Part shown: piece after piece, positions 17,994 to 27,626 of the stretch | Position numbering within the stretch: position 1 is the first letter of the stretch | How the letters are laid out: the number at the start of each line of letters is the position of its first letter | Assembly (NCBI GenBank): GCA_045576455.1 | Contig: JAZNGM010000001.1 | Location: 267,604-331,603, forward strand | Length of the DNA: 64,000 nt | Origin: Lachnospiraceae bacterium | GTDB lineage: Bacteria > Bacillota > Clostridia > Lachnospirales > Lachnospiraceae | Direction: 5' to 3' | The notes under the pieces: generated by a model | Database searches by the model: none | Told to the model about the DNA's origin: nothing | The model's input: only the letters and a program-made list of their open reading frames with translations | Translations under genes and position numbers: made by a program

Positions 17994-20900
17994 ATGAAGC
18001 ATTTTGTGACGAATAAGAAATTACTCAAGCAGTTAGCTGAGGAAGAACTTGATGATTTATATGAAGATGATTTGTTAGATGATGAAGACATCGACGATGA
18101 AGATATTGATGATGAAGATATCGATGATGAAGATATTGACGACGAAGATATTGATGACGAAGATATCGATAATGAAGATATTGACGACGAAGATATTGAC
18201 GATGAAGATATCGATGATGAAGATATTGATGGCGAAGACATCGGCGATGAAGAGTTTGAAGGTGAGGTTCTTGAACCGGAGGATGATTTGGCTACAGTAG
18301 CCGGTGCGGAAGCTGGAGAAGAAATGCTGGCTGAGGAACGAATGGTCAGGGAAGCTTTAGAGGCAGATATGGAACTTACATCCCAACCACCTGTGTATAT
18401 GACCGGGGGAGGAGCTGCGCAAGAAACCGATGAAGCGGATTCTGATATTGAGGCTGAGGAATACGATGATATCGACGATGAAGATTATGATGACGATGAT
18501 GACATGGATGATAATCTTTTAAGTGCCGTGGCAGCACGTAAGGCCATGAAACAGCGTAAGCGTGATGGCGGGGATGAGGACGAAGAAAAGCGGGGTTTCC
18601 ATATCGGTCCTGTTGAAATAGGACTTGCTTTGGGGGCGGTACTTATAGTAGCGCTTGCTATCTTTGCATTTATAAGATTTGGTTCTCTTAATCGTGGCCC
18701 GGCAGATAAGGAAGCAGTTTCCTTGAACGGAAATGCTTTGCTGGCGGTAGAGTCTGTTGGTAAAGAAGGTATTGAAGCGGTTATGAACGCGGTCAAGGAT
18801 AAGCTTCAACAACAGATTGAAGAACAGGAACGTCTTGAACAACTTGAAAAGGAAGAAGAGGAAAAAGAGAAGAACAAGCTTAGTGCGACGCTCAATTATA
18901 CTTCCATAGAAAAAGATATTAAACTTAAGTTTATTAATTTAAAAACAGGAAAGTTGATTTTAAACGTACCGTTTGAAGTGGAGTTTATATCATCGTCCGG
19001 TAAGAAGACCGTTTATAAGGATGATGATATGGATGGTGTTATTTACCAGTCCGGACTGAATGCGGGAAAATATACTGTTGTAATTCAGGAAACAGACGAG
19101 TACAAGTTTAATAAAGAGTCTTATGAGGTTGTTATTAAAGACACTATTGTATACGATAAAGTCGACGTAACCGATGAGATTAAAAAAGAAGAAGATGTTA
19201 ATGTATCGGAAGAAGATACGGAAGAAAAACCGGAAATAGAAGAAGTGCTTAAAGATACCGTGGAATGGGTAGAGTCTTCTAAAACGGTTATTGCCTATGC
19301 AGATGGATACAAGCAGATAGATAAGTCGCTTTTGGTGGAACCATCGGTAGTCAAGGCGATGCTTGAGGGAACCAATACCGCAATGGTGTACGCAATGACC
19401 GAGGAAATTGCAAGTTATATTAGCAATGTGACCATTACATCGCCTGTAAGCGAACCGGTTATTTTAGGAAAGGGAGAAACTGTTCAGCTGGGTTGTGATG
19501 TTGTAACGCAGGGAGATGCTGTAACAACAGTACAATGGACTACCGACAATCCTATTATATCAATAGTAGATGGTCTTGTTACGGTTGACAGTAACCTATC
19601 CATTACTTCGGATGCTACGGTTACGGTAACGGCAACCGCGGACGGATTTGCACAGGATGGTATAACGCACCCTTCATCAACGTTGACAATTACCGTAAAG
19701 GCACCGGAAGTTGCGGATGGCAATGGCGGCGAAAGTGGAAGCGGAAGCGAAAGCGGAAACGGAAGTGAAGACGGAAGCGGAAGCGAAGGCGGAAACGGAA
19801 GTGAAGGCGGAAGCGGAAATGAAGGCGGAAGCGGAGAAGGAACAGAACCGGATCCGGCAGCAGTGTATGCAAGTAAGATAACTATTGATAAAGAGTCTGG
19901 TAAGATGAAGATAGGGGATATCACACTTCAATTGCTTGCGACCATTTTTAAAACCGACGATACTACGGTTACGAGTGCCAATAAGGGATTCATTACATGG
20001 AAGAGTTCTGATGAAAAAATTGCAACCGTTACGGAAGACGGAATTGTTAAGGCATTAAAAACCGGAAAAGTAACCATTACGGCAACAAGTACGATTGCAC
20101 TTAAGGATGAAACACCGGATAATACAGAGGACGACGTATATCCGTCAGTTGACTGTGAGATAACCATAGTAAACGCTTCTCTCAAGCTTGAGATTAAAGA
20201 TAAAGAAACAATTTATCTTGGAAAAGATATTCATATACCTGTAAAAGTGGAAATGAATGGTGAAACTACCACAACTGATGGCAAGGATGCAACAAACGGA
20301 TTGGTAACATGGGAAAGTTCTGATACAAAGATTGCAACGGTAGATGCAAAAACAGGTATGATAACACCGGTTTCCAAGGGAACCTTTACTTTGACGGCAA
20401 CATCCGTTGAAAAAGATGAAAACGGGGAAGCGGTTGAAGCAAGCTGTGTTATTACAGTAGCGGAAGATCCGAAAAATGATACGAAAACATTGCTTAAAGA
20501 TGTGAATGGTGAGCAGGTATTCGTATTTAAGGATGGAAAATATGTTGAAGCAGTAAGTGCCGACTATTTTACCCAGACGGCTTTCTATGTTAAGGCGGCG
20601 CCAATTTACCGTTATACCGGATGGCAGACCATAGACGGAAAAACTTACTATTTTGATAAGAATGGTAATTATGTAACAGGTACGCAGGTTATTCTGGGAT
20701 CAGAATACAAATTTAACAGCGACGGTACACTTAATCTTGGAGATGCGGTTCTTGGTATCGATGTTTCCAGCTGGAACCGTGATATTGATTGGAAGAAGGT
20801 TAAGAACTCCGGAGTATCCTTTGTTATAATAAGGGTAGGTTTCAGAGGTTCATCATCAGGCTCACTGGTGGAAGATTTGTATTTTGAAAAGAATATTAAG

Positions 20901-21338
20901 GGTGCGACGGAAGCAGGATTGAACGTAGGTGTTTATTTCTTCTCGCAGGCGATTACGAAAGCGGAAGCCGTTGAAGAAGCATCCATGGTACTTGACAGGA
21001 TTAAGAATTACAAAATAACATATCCTGTATTTATTGATACGGAGCCGAGTGGCGGACGTGCCGACAGTATGTCTAAGGCACAGAGAACGGAAGTATGCAA
21101 GGCATTCTGTGAGACAATAAAGAAAGCAGGTTATGATGCGGGTGTTTATTCATCCAAGAATTACTTTAATAACAAGCTGAATGTAAGTGAACTGAGCTCT
21201 TATAAGATCTGGGTAGCACAATATGCATCAGCGTGTGATTACAAAGGAAAATATGACATGTGGCAGTTCTCATCAACAGGAAATATTAGTGGTATTTCAG
21301 GAAATGTTGATTTGAATTACAGCTATATGGGCTACTAA
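17994..21338 (+). CDS. Membrane-anchored multidomain GH25 muramidase (autolysin-like)
   Basis: Domain order: acidic N-terminal ~200 aa; one TM (GLALGAVLIVALAIFAFIRFG); coiled coil; Ig-like Big_2-type repeats (WKSSDEKIATVTEDGIVKALKTGKVTITAT, WESSDTKIATVDAKTGMITPVSKGTFTLTAT); GS-rich linker; cell-wall-binding repeats (GWQTIDGKTYYFDKNGNYVTG); C-terminal GH25 (LGIDVSSWNRDIDWKKVKNSGVSFVIIRVGFRG). Confidence 0.85.
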   Translation: MKHFVTNKKLLKQLAEEELDDLYEDDLLDDEDIDDEDIDDEDIDDEDIDDEDIDDEDIDNEDIDDEDIDDEDIDDEDIDGEDIGDEEFEGEVLEPEDDLATVAGAEAGEEMLAEERMVREALEADMELTSQPPVYMTGGGAAQETDEADSDIEAEEYDDIDDEDYDDDDDMDDNLLSAVAARKAMKQRKRDGGDEDEEKRGFHIGPVEIGLALGAVLIVALAIFAFIRFGSLNRGPADKEAVSLNGNALLAVESVGKEGIEAVMNAVKDKLQQQIEEQERLEQLEKEEEEKEKNKLSATLNYTSIEKDIKLKFINLKTGKLILNVPFEVEFISSSGKKTVYKDDDMDGVIYQSGLNAGKYTVVIQETDEYKFNKESYEVVIKDTIVYDKVDVTDEIKKEEDVNVSEEDTEEKPEIEEVLKDTVEWVESSKTVIAYADGYKQIDKSLLVEPSVVKAMLEGTNTAMVYAMTEEIASYISNVTITSPVSEPVILGKGETVQLGCDVVTQGDAVTTVQWTTDNPIISIVDGLVTVDSNLSITSDATVTVTATADGFAQDGITHPSSTLTITVKAPEVADGNGGESGSGSESGNGSEDGSGSEGGNGSEGGSGNEGGSGEGTEPDPAAVYASKITIDKESGKMKIGDITLQLLATIFKTDDTTVTSANKGFITWKSSDEKIATVTEDGIVKALKTGKVTITATSTIALKDETPDNTEDDVYPSVDCEITIVNASLKLEIKDKETIYLGKDIHIPVKVEMNGETTTTDGKDATNGLVTWESSDTKIATVDAKTGMITPVSKGTFTLTATSVEKDENGEAVEASCVITVAEDPKNDTKTLLKDVNGEQVFVFKDGKYVEAVSADYFTQTAFYVKAAPIYRYTGWQTIDGKTYYFDKNGNYVTGTQVILGSEYKFNSDGTLNLGDAVLGIDVSSWNRDIDWKKVKNSGVSFVIIRVGFRGSSSGSLVEDLYFEKNIKGATEAGLNVGVYFFSQAITKAEAVEEASMVLDRIKNYKITYPVFIDTEPSGGRADSMSKAQRTEVCKAFCETIKKAGYDAGVYSSKNYFNNKLNVSELSSYKIWVAQYASACDYKGKYDMWQFSSTGNISGISGNVDLNYSYMGY
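18081..18260 (+). repeat. In-frame 15-bp tandem repeat, 12 units, encoding (D/N/G)EDI(D/G)
   Basis: Units gat gaa gat att/atc gat/gac were read directly. Units 1-10 are near identical at the protein level but differ at synonymous positions. Units 11-12 are degenerate (GEDIG, DEEFE). Confidence 0.9.
19716..19841 (+). repeat. Low-complexity Gly/Ser/Glu/Asn linker repeat (GSGSE/GNGSE) in the GH25 protein
   Basis: Reiterated ggaagcggaagcgaa / ggcggaaacggaagtgaa motifs encoding DGNGGESGSGSESGNGSEDGSGSEGGNGSEGGSGNEGGSGEG. Confidence 0.85.
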
Positions 21339-21362
21339 TAAGACAGAAAAGGAGAATTATTC

Positions 21363-22454
21363 ATGGACAACATGAACAGAAGAACATATCTTGTAACAGG
21401 TGGTGCCGGTTTTATTGGTTCCAATTATATCCATTATATGTTCAAAAAATATGGCGACAGTATTAGAATTATTAACGTAGATGCGTTGACTTACGCAGGA
21501 AATCTTGAAAATCTTAAGGATATAGAACAGAAGGAAAACTATTCTTTTGTGCATGCTAATATCTGTGATAAAGAAGCGATAGCTAAGATTTTTGAAGAAA
21601 ATGATATTGACAGGGTAGTACACTTTGCTGCGGAAAGTCATGTTGACAGAAGTATAAGAAATCCGGAGGTTTTTGTACAAACCAATGTTATTGGTACTGC
21701 GGTTATGCTTAATTGTGCAAAAAATGCATGGGAGCTTGAAGACGGAACTTTTAAGGAAGGTAAGAAATTCCTTCATGTATCTACTGATGAAGTGTACGGT
21801 TCCCTTGAAAACGAAGGAGAGTATTTCTACGAAACGACGCCGTATGATCCACATTCTCCTTATTCTGCAAGTAAAGCAGGATCAGATATGCTTGTAAAGG
21901 CATATATGGATACGTACCATTTTCCGGCAAATATTACGAATTGTTCCAATAACTATGGACCATATCAGTTCCCGGAAAAACTGATTCCGCTTATTATTAA
22001 TAATGCACTTCACGGTAAAAAACTTCCGGTTTACGGTGACGGTAAAAATGTACGTGACTGGTTATACGTGGAAGATCATGCAAAGGCCATTGATATGGTT
22101 CAGGAGCAGGGAAAACTGTTTGAAACGTATAATATCGGTGGTCATAATGAAAAGCAGAACATCGAGATTATCAATATTATTATTGAAACGCTCCAGGAAA
22201 TGCTTTCTGATGATGACCCAAGAAAGAGCCTTGTTTCTAAGGATCTTATAACATACGTTGAGGACCGTAAGGGACACGACAGAAGATATGCCATTGCACC
22301 GGACAAGATTAAAAGTGAAATCGGATGGGAGCCGGAAACCTATTTTAAGGAAGGCATCAAACTGACAATTAAATGGTATTTTGAACATGAAGACTGGATG
22401 AAAAATGTAACCAGTGGTGAATACCAGAAGTATTATGAGCAAATGTATAAATAA
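21363..22454 (+). CDS. rmlB: dTDP-glucose 4,6-dehydratase
   Basis: VTGGAGFIGSNY, HVSTDEVYG, YSASKAGSDMLV, NCSNNYGPYQFPEKLIP, RDWLYVEDH. AAGGAG RBS 7 nt upstream. Confidence 0.95.
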   Translation: MDNMNRRTYLVTGGAGFIGSNYIHYMFKKYGDSIRIINVDALTYAGNLENLKDIEQKENYSFVHANICDKEAIAKIFEENDIDRVVHFAAESHVDRSIRNPEVFVQTNVIGTAVMLNCAKNAWELEDGTFKEGKKFLHVSTDEVYGSLENEGEYFYETTPYDPHSPYSASKAGSDMLVKAYMDTYHFPANITNCSNNYGPYQFPEKLIPLIINNALHGKKLPVYGDGKNVRDWLYVEDHAKAIDMVQEQGKLFETYNIGGHNEKQNIEIINIIIETLQEMLSDDDPRKSLVSKDLITYVEDRKGHDRRYAIAPDKIKSEIGWEPETYFKEGIKLTIKWYFEHEDWMKNVTSGEYQKYYEQMYK

Positions 22455-22528
22455 ATACCAGATGGGGACGGGGACACCGTTCCCATTCGGTGTGTAAAAG
22501 TTTAATATATTAACGGGAGGATAGAGAG

Positions 22529-23398
22529 ATGAAAGGTATTATTTTGGCCGGAGGTTCCGGAACAAGACTATATCCGCTTACAAAAGCCATATCAAAACAA
22601 ATAATGCCGGTTTATGATAAGCCGATGATTTATTATCCGCTTTCTACATTAATGTTAGCGGGAATTAGAGAGATTTTAATTATTTCCACACCAAGAGACC
22701 TGCCTGTTTTTAAAGAATTATTTGGAACGGGTGAGCAGTTAGGACTTAGAATGGAATATGCCATACAGGAGTATCCGAGAGGACTTGCAGATGCATTTAT
22801 TATTGGTGCTGATTTTATCGGGGATGACAGTGTGGCACTTGTTTTGGGAGATAACATTTTTTACGGACAGAGCTTCTCAAGAGTGCTTAAGGAGGTTGCT
22901 TCCCGTGAAAGCGGTGCTACGATTTTCGGTTACTATGTTAGGGATCCGAGAGAATACGGCGTAGTGGAATTTGATGAAAACGGCATGGCTATTTCTATCG
23001 AAGAAAAGCCGGAAAAACCAAAGAGTAATTATGCGGTACCGGGATTATATTTTTATGATAATGACGTTGTTGAAATTGCAAAAAATGTTAAACCGAGTGC
23101 ACGTGGTGAAATAGAAATAACAAGTATTAACAACGAGTATCTTAACAGGGGAACATTACGTGTTGAGACACTTGGCAGAGGCTTTGCATGGCTTGATACG
23201 GGAAATCATGATTCGCTTTTGGAAGCGGCTGATTTCGTTGCGGCATTCCAGAAGAGACAGGGACTTTATATCTCTTGTATAGAGGAAATTGCCTATAAGA
23301 GAGGATTTATCACGAAAGAGCAGTTGATAAAGCTTGCAGAACCTTTGCTTAAAACGGATTACGGTAAATATTTGATTGAGGTTGCGAATGGACTCTAA
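22529..23398 (+). CDS. rmlA: Glucose-1-phosphate thymidylyltransferase
   Basis: [18 protein letters not shown]...[56 protein letters not shown]. Confidence 0.95.
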   Translation: MKGIILAGGSGTRLYPLTKAISKQIMPVYDKPMIYYPLSTLMLAGIREILIISTPRDLPVFKELFGTGEQLGLRMEYAIQEYPRGLADAFIIGADFIGDDSVALVLGDNIFYGQSFSRVLKEVASRESGATIFGYYVRDPREYGVVEFDENGMAISIEEKPEKPKSNYAVPGLYFYDNDVVEIAKNVKPSARGEIEITSINNEYLNRGTLRVETLGRGFAWLDTGNHDSLLEAADFVAAFQKRQGLYISCIEEIAYKRGFITKEQLIKLAEPLLKTDYGKYLIEVANGL

Positions 23399-24674
23399 AT
23401 TGAAAAAGAGGGCAGTGGCGATATCTACGTTAGGGATACTGTTGCTCATTACCGTTGTATTGTTTATTAATTTTCCACGGAGTGAAAAGACGGGAAGAAA
23501 ACCTACGGATATTAACGACGTTGCGTTAGATGAACAGGGCGATGAACAAACAGAGGTTGAGACTGACTCATTACGTGATTTTTTAGAGGATGAAGATTTC
23601 TTTGATGAAGAAACAGAAAAACCTATTTTGATAGATTCACAAAATGCTGTCAGGGTAACCATGTCCTGTAATTCCGTTTACAAAGATATAAGAATACAAA
23701 TTCTCAATTCCAATAAGGAACTTGTAACCGGAGAAAAATTCGAAGTGATTGTTACATCGCCAAAAGACAAGTCGTTGAATGCGGTTTATACCGATGGAGA
23801 CAATAACGGTATAGTAGTTATCAGCGATCTTACACCGGGAGATTATGAGGTGCGTCTGAATGAAAAAGAAGGATATCGGATGCCCCGGGCTCCTATTAAG
23901 ATTAATGTTACGGATGTAATTGCATTTGAATATATCAGTGATATTCATCTGTTTGTACGACAGGAAAAAGATATTAACACTATGGCAGAGGACGCCGGAA
24001 ACCTTTACATCGGAAAAGATGAGGATGATACGAAATCCTTGGAACTTATTAAGCTTAACGATGGTGAAATGCTTGGTATCGATATCTCTAGTTTGAATGG
24101 GGAGATTGATTTTACAAAAGTACAGGCAGCAGGGGTTCAATTTGTCCTGATACGTTGCGGTTACCGTGGAATGACAATGGGGCAGCTTATAGAGGATGCT
24201 TATTTCAGGCAAAATATTGAAGATGCACTTGCGGTCGGAATGAAGGTCGGTGTTTATGTAACCAGTCAGGCGGTAACGGAACTGGAGGCTGTGGAAGAGG
24301 CAAGCATGGCAATTAAAATGTGCCGGGAATATGCGGTTTCTTATCCGATATTTATTGAACAGCACAGTTCTTTTTCAGAAAATGGTAAGGAAAGCAGAGC
24401 TGATATTTTGGATCCGGTAACGAGAACGGCTTTGGCGGCTGCTTTTTGTGAAACCGTTGAAAATGCGGGATACAGAACCGGCATTATGGCAAGTCCTACA
24501 TGGCTTGCGGATGAAGTAAAAATGAATGCGTTAAATAAGTATTATACATACCTTGCAGAGTATAGGGAAAAACCTACATATGAGGGTAGTTATGTATTCT
24601 GGAGATATACCGATGAGGCGTGGGTTAACGGTGTAAACGGAAGATGTAATGCGGTTTTGGGATATTATGAATAA
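23388..24674 (+). CDS. Membrane-anchored GH25 muramidase, shorter paralogue of 17994-21338
   Basis: N-terminal TM ([21 protein letters not shown]), a beta-sandwich-like domain shared with the large protein, and GH25 ([33 protein letters not shown]). ATG 23388 is preferred over TTG 23376. Overlaps the rmlA stop. Confidence 0.8.
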   Translation: MDSKLKKRAVAISTLGILLLITVVLFINFPRSEKTGRKPTDINDVALDEQGDEQTEVETDSLRDFLEDEDFFDEETEKPILIDSQNAVRVTMSCNSVYKDIRIQILNSNKELVTGEKFEVIVTSPKDKSLNAVYTDGDNNGIVVISDLTPGDYEVRLNEKEGYRMPRAPIKINVTDVIAFEYISDIHLFVRQEKDINTMAEDAGNLYIGKDEDDTKSLELIKLNDGEMLGIDISSLNGEIDFTKVQAAGVQFVLIRCGYRGMTMGQLIEDAYFRQNIEDALAVGMKVGVYVTSQAVTELEAVEEASMAIKMCREYAVSYPIFIEQHSSFSENGKESRADILDPVTRTALAAAFCETVENAGYRTGIMASPTWLADEVKMNALNKYYTYLAEYREKPTYEGSYVFWRYTDEAWVNGVNGRCNAVLGYYE

Positions 24675-24736
24675 CAGGAGAACGTCACAAATTAGCTTTT
24701 GTGTAGTAAAAAAACGTTCCCGGAATGGAGATTGTT

Positions 24737-25294
24737 ATGGGAAAAATTACAGTTGAAACATGTGAGATTGAAGGATTAAAAATAATTACACCACAAGTAT
24801 TCGGGGATGCAAGAGGATACTTTTTGGAGTCTTATAATTATGAGGACTTTAAGGCAGCGGGAATTGATCCGGTATTTGTACAGGATAATCATTCTGCTTC
24901 TAAAAAAGGCGTTATCAGGGGACTTCATTTTCAGATCAAACATCCACAGGATAAGCTTGTAAGAGTTGTTATCGGTGAAGTATTTGATGTGGCTGTAGAC
25001 ATGAGGGAAGGCTCAGAAACTTACGGAAAATGGCATGGCGTCTTGCTTTCTGCCGAAAATAAAAAGCAGTTCTTTGTACCAAAGGGATTTGCACATGGTT
25101 TTGTTGTATTATCCGATTACGCAGAGTTTGAATATAAATGCAGTGATGTTTATCATCCGGAAGACCAGGGCGGAATTATGTGGAATGATCCGGATATAGG
25201 CATTGAATGGCCGATTCCAAGCGATATGGAACTTACATTTTCCGACAGGGATACAAAATGGCCGGGAATCAAACAATATAGGGAGAGTAAATAA
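24737..25294 (+). CDS. rmlC: dTDP-4-dehydrorhamnose 3,5-epimerase
   Basis: FGDARGYFLESY, VQDNHSASKKGVIRGLHFQ, KLVRVVIGEVFDVAVD, GFAHGF. ATG 24737 is preferred (GGAG RBS) over 24725. Confidence 0.9.
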   Translation: MGKITVETCEIEGLKIITPQVFGDARGYFLESYNYEDFKAAGIDPVFVQDNHSASKKGVIRGLHFQIKHPQDKLVRVVIGEVFDVAVDMREGSETYGKWHGVLLSAENKKQFFVPKGFAHGFVVLSDYAEFEYKCSDVYHPEDQGGIMWNDPDIGIEWPIPSDMELTFSDRDTKWPGIKQYRESK

Positions 25295-25299
25295 TTTAG

Positions 25300-26295
25300 A
25301 TGCGTACTAACCTTAAGAAAAAAACAATTATTATAGCGACAGTACTAGTGTTGTTAGCAACTATGGCAACATTAATTGTGCTTCATAATAATCCGCTGGC
25401 AAATCCTAAGGAAGAGCTTGTGAAAAAGATTGTGGCCTGCGTGTTAATCTTTTTGGGAGGAACCGTATTTGTAGCTTTATACGATAAGCTCATGGTACTT
25501 CCGGTAGAATTATGGCAGAGCAGAAGACTTATATTAAAGCTTGCAAAAAATGACTTCAAGACCCGTTATGCAGGTTCATGGATGGGTATGATTTGGGCAT
25601 TTGTACAGCCGGTGGTTACCATAGCATTATATTATTTTGTGTTTGAAGTGGTATTTACATCAAGAGCCCAGCTTGTTTCGGGCGGGATTGAGACACCGTA
25701 TGTCTTATGGCTTACCGCAGGACTTGTTCCGTGGTTTTTCTTTTCGGAAGCACTTAATAACGGAACAACGGCGCTTCTTGAATACAACTATCTTGTTAAA
25801 AAAGTAGTATTTAAGATTAGTATTTTGCCGATTATTAAGATTATTGCGGCAAGCTTTATACATGTATTTTTTGTTGCATTTATGATGGTGATATATTTCC
25901 TGTACGGTTATCCGCTTGATTTATATCTGCTCCAGATAGTTTATTACAGCTTATGTATGTTTATATTTGTGCTGGCACTTTCCTATTCTACTTGTGCAAT
26001 CGTTATCTTCTTCAGGGATTTAACACAGATCATAGCGATTTTCTTACAGGTAGGAATGTGGGCAACACCAATTCTTTGGAATATTAATACATTTTCACCA
26101 AGCATACAGATGATCTTTAAATTAAATCCGATTTATTACATTGTCAACGGATATCGAAGTGCTTTGTTTGAAAAAACATGGTTTTGGTCTGACTTCTACT
26201 CTACAATGTATTTCTGGATTTTTACGGCGGCGCTGTTTGCAGTAGGAACGTTGATATTTAAGAAATTAAAAGTGCATTTTGCGGATGTTCTGTAA
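25300..26295 (+). CDS. ABC-2 type polysaccharide/teichoic-acid export permease (Wzm/TagG-like)
   Basis: LAKNDFKTRYAGSWMGMIWAFVQP followed by 6 TM helices. The first ~65 aa are an unusual hydrophobic extension; an alternative start is the Met in KLMVLPVELW. Confidence 0.85.
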   Translation: MRTNLKKKTIIIATVLVLLATMATLIVLHNNPLANPKEELVKKIVACVLIFLGGTVFVALYDKLMVLPVELWQSRRLILKLAKNDFKTRYAGSWMGMIWAFVQPVVTIALYYFVFEVVFTSRAQLVSGGIETPYVLWLTAGLVPWFFFSEALNNGTTALLEYNYLVKKVVFKISILPIIKIIAASFIHVFFVAFMMVIYFLYGYPLDLYLLQIVYYSLCMFIFVLALSYSTCAIVIFFRDLTQIIAIFLQVGMWATPILWNINTFSPSIQMIFKLNPIYYIVNGYRSALFEKTWFWSDFYSTMYFWIFTAALFAVGTLIFKKLKVHFADVL

Positions 26296-26316
26296 GCACA
26301 TGGGAAAGGAGCCGTT

Positions 26317-27609
26317 ATGGTTCAAAAAGATAATGATATTGCAATAAGGGTTCAAAACCTTTCGAAAATATATAAATTATATGATAAGCCATCTGACCGG
26401 TTAAAGGATGCACTGGGACTTTCCCGTAAGAAGCCGAAGGAACATCATGCACTTAATGACGTCAGCCTTACGATAAAACAGGGTGAGTGTATCGGTATTA
26501 TCGGAACAAACGGTTCGGGAAAATCAACTATTCTTAAGATTATTACCGGTGTTTTATCAAAAACGGCAGGAGAAGTGGAGATAAACGGACGTATTTCAGC
26601 CCTTCTTGAACTCGGTGCCGGCTTTAACATGGAGTATACCGGACTTGAAAATGTATATCTGAACGGTACGATGATTGGTTTTTCAAAAGCAGAGATAGAC
26701 GAACGTCTTGATGATATTTTGGAATTTGCGGATATCGGGGAATTTATTCACCAGCCGGTTAAAACTTATTCAAGCGGTATGTTTGTGCGCCTTGCTTTTG
26801 CAGTGGCCATTAATATTGAACCGGAAATTCTTATTGTTGATGAAGCACTTTCGGTAGGTGACGTATTCTTCCAGTCGAAGTGTTATCATAAGTTTGAAGA
26901 GTTTAAACGACAGGGAAAAACCATTTTGTTTGTAAGTCATGATTTAAGTACCATCAGTAAATATTGTGACCGGGTTATCCTTTTAAACAAGGGAACGAAG
27001 CTTGGAGAAGGAACCCCTAAACAGATGATAGATGTTTATAAGCAGGTGCTTGTAGGCCAGTATCAGATGGACGAAAAGCAGGATGTTAATGCGAATACAT
27101 CAGAAATTCCCGAGGAACAGCAGGAACCGCTTGAATATGGTACAAAGCAGGCGGTAATAACGGAATATTATATTGAAGATACCAAGAAAAACCGTTCCAA
27201 TACGATAATTAAGGGGGACGAGTTTTCCGTTCATATGAAGGTGGAGTTTATGGAAAATCTGCCAAGTCCTATTTTTGCATTATCGATTAAAAATGCAAAG
27301 GGCATAGAGATTACAGGAACAAACACCATGATAGAAAAAGCCTTTTTGGAACCGGTAAATGCGGGAGATAAGAAAGAGATTACCTTTACCCAGAGAATGG
27401 ATTTACAGGGTGGGGACTATTTGATTTCACTCGGACTTACAGGCTTTGAGGGAAATGATTTTAAAGTTTACCACAGATTATATGATATTATGAGCATATC
27501 AGTGGTATCAGATAAAAACACGGTGGGATATTTTGACATGAATTCTTCCATTACGGTAAGTGATGTAAAGAATTCGAGGGAAAACATTATTAATTACCGT
27601 AACGCGTAG
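26317..27609 (+). CDS. ABC export ATPase (Wzt/TagH-like) with a C-terminal ~180-aa extra domain
   Basis: Walker A GTNGSGKST, ALLELGAGFNMEYTGLENVYLNG, signature YSSGMFVRLAFA, Walker B ILIVDEALSVGD. The beta-rich C-terminal extension is consistent with a Wzt-type glycan-terminus-binding domain. Confidence 0.9.
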   Translation: MVQKDNDIAIRVQNLSKIYKLYDKPSDRLKDALGLSRKKPKEHHALNDVSLTIKQGECIGIIGTNGSGKSTILKIITGVLSKTAGEVEINGRISALLELGAGFNMEYTGLENVYLNGTMIGFSKAEIDERLDDILEFADIGEFIHQPVKTYSSGMFVRLAFAVAINIEPEILIVDEALSVGDVFFQSKCYHKFEEFKRQGKTILFVSHDLSTISKYCDRVILLNKGTKLGEGTPKQMIDVYKQVLVGQYQMDEKQDVNANTSEIPEEQQEPLEYGTKQAVITEYYIEDTKKNRSNTIIKGDEFSVHMKVEFMENLPSPIFALSIKNAKGIEITGTNTMIEKAFLEPVNAGDKKEITFTQRMDLQGGDYLISLGLTGFEGNDFKVYHRLYDIMSISVVSDKNTVGYFDMNSSITVSDVKNSRENIINYRNA

Positions 27610-27626
27610 CAGGAGATAAGAAATCT

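Noticed and set aside
17909-18241. 110-aa minus-strand ORF rich in SSI repeats
   Set aside because: It is the antisense reading of the 15-bp DEDID coding repeat. It has no independent signals and lies inside a well-supported 1114-aa gene.
18081-18260. Possible CRISPR-like or noncoding tandem array
   Set aside because: The units are contiguous 15-mers with no spacers. They are in frame within a long ORF and vary mainly at synonymous positions, so this is a coding repeat.
19484-19931. Three overlapping minus-strand ORFs (146, 84, 60 aa) with Pro/Leu/Ser or Arg/Phe repeats
   Set aside because: They are antisense artefacts of the GC-rich Gly/Ser/Glu linker repeat in the GH25 gene.
21357-21854. 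165-aa minus-strand ORF
   Set aside because: It is antisense to rmlB, whose product matches the dTDP-glucose dehydratase motifs throughout. The protein is low-complexity and unfamiliar.
22474-22493. Small hairpin (acaccg/cggtgt) between rmlB and rmlA
   Set aside because: The stem is only 6 bp, the loop is large and there is no U-tract, so it is too weak to call a terminator or attenuator.
23156-24365. 168-aa and 242-aa minus-strand ORFs
   Set aside because: They are antisense to rmlA and the small GH25 gene, with no recognisable motifs or RBS.
25300-25494. Whether the first ~65 aa of the Wzm-like permease are real
   Set aside because: Not resolved. I kept the long form because only 5 nt separate it from rmlC, but a start at the internal Met (KLMVLPVELW) would give a canonical-length permease.
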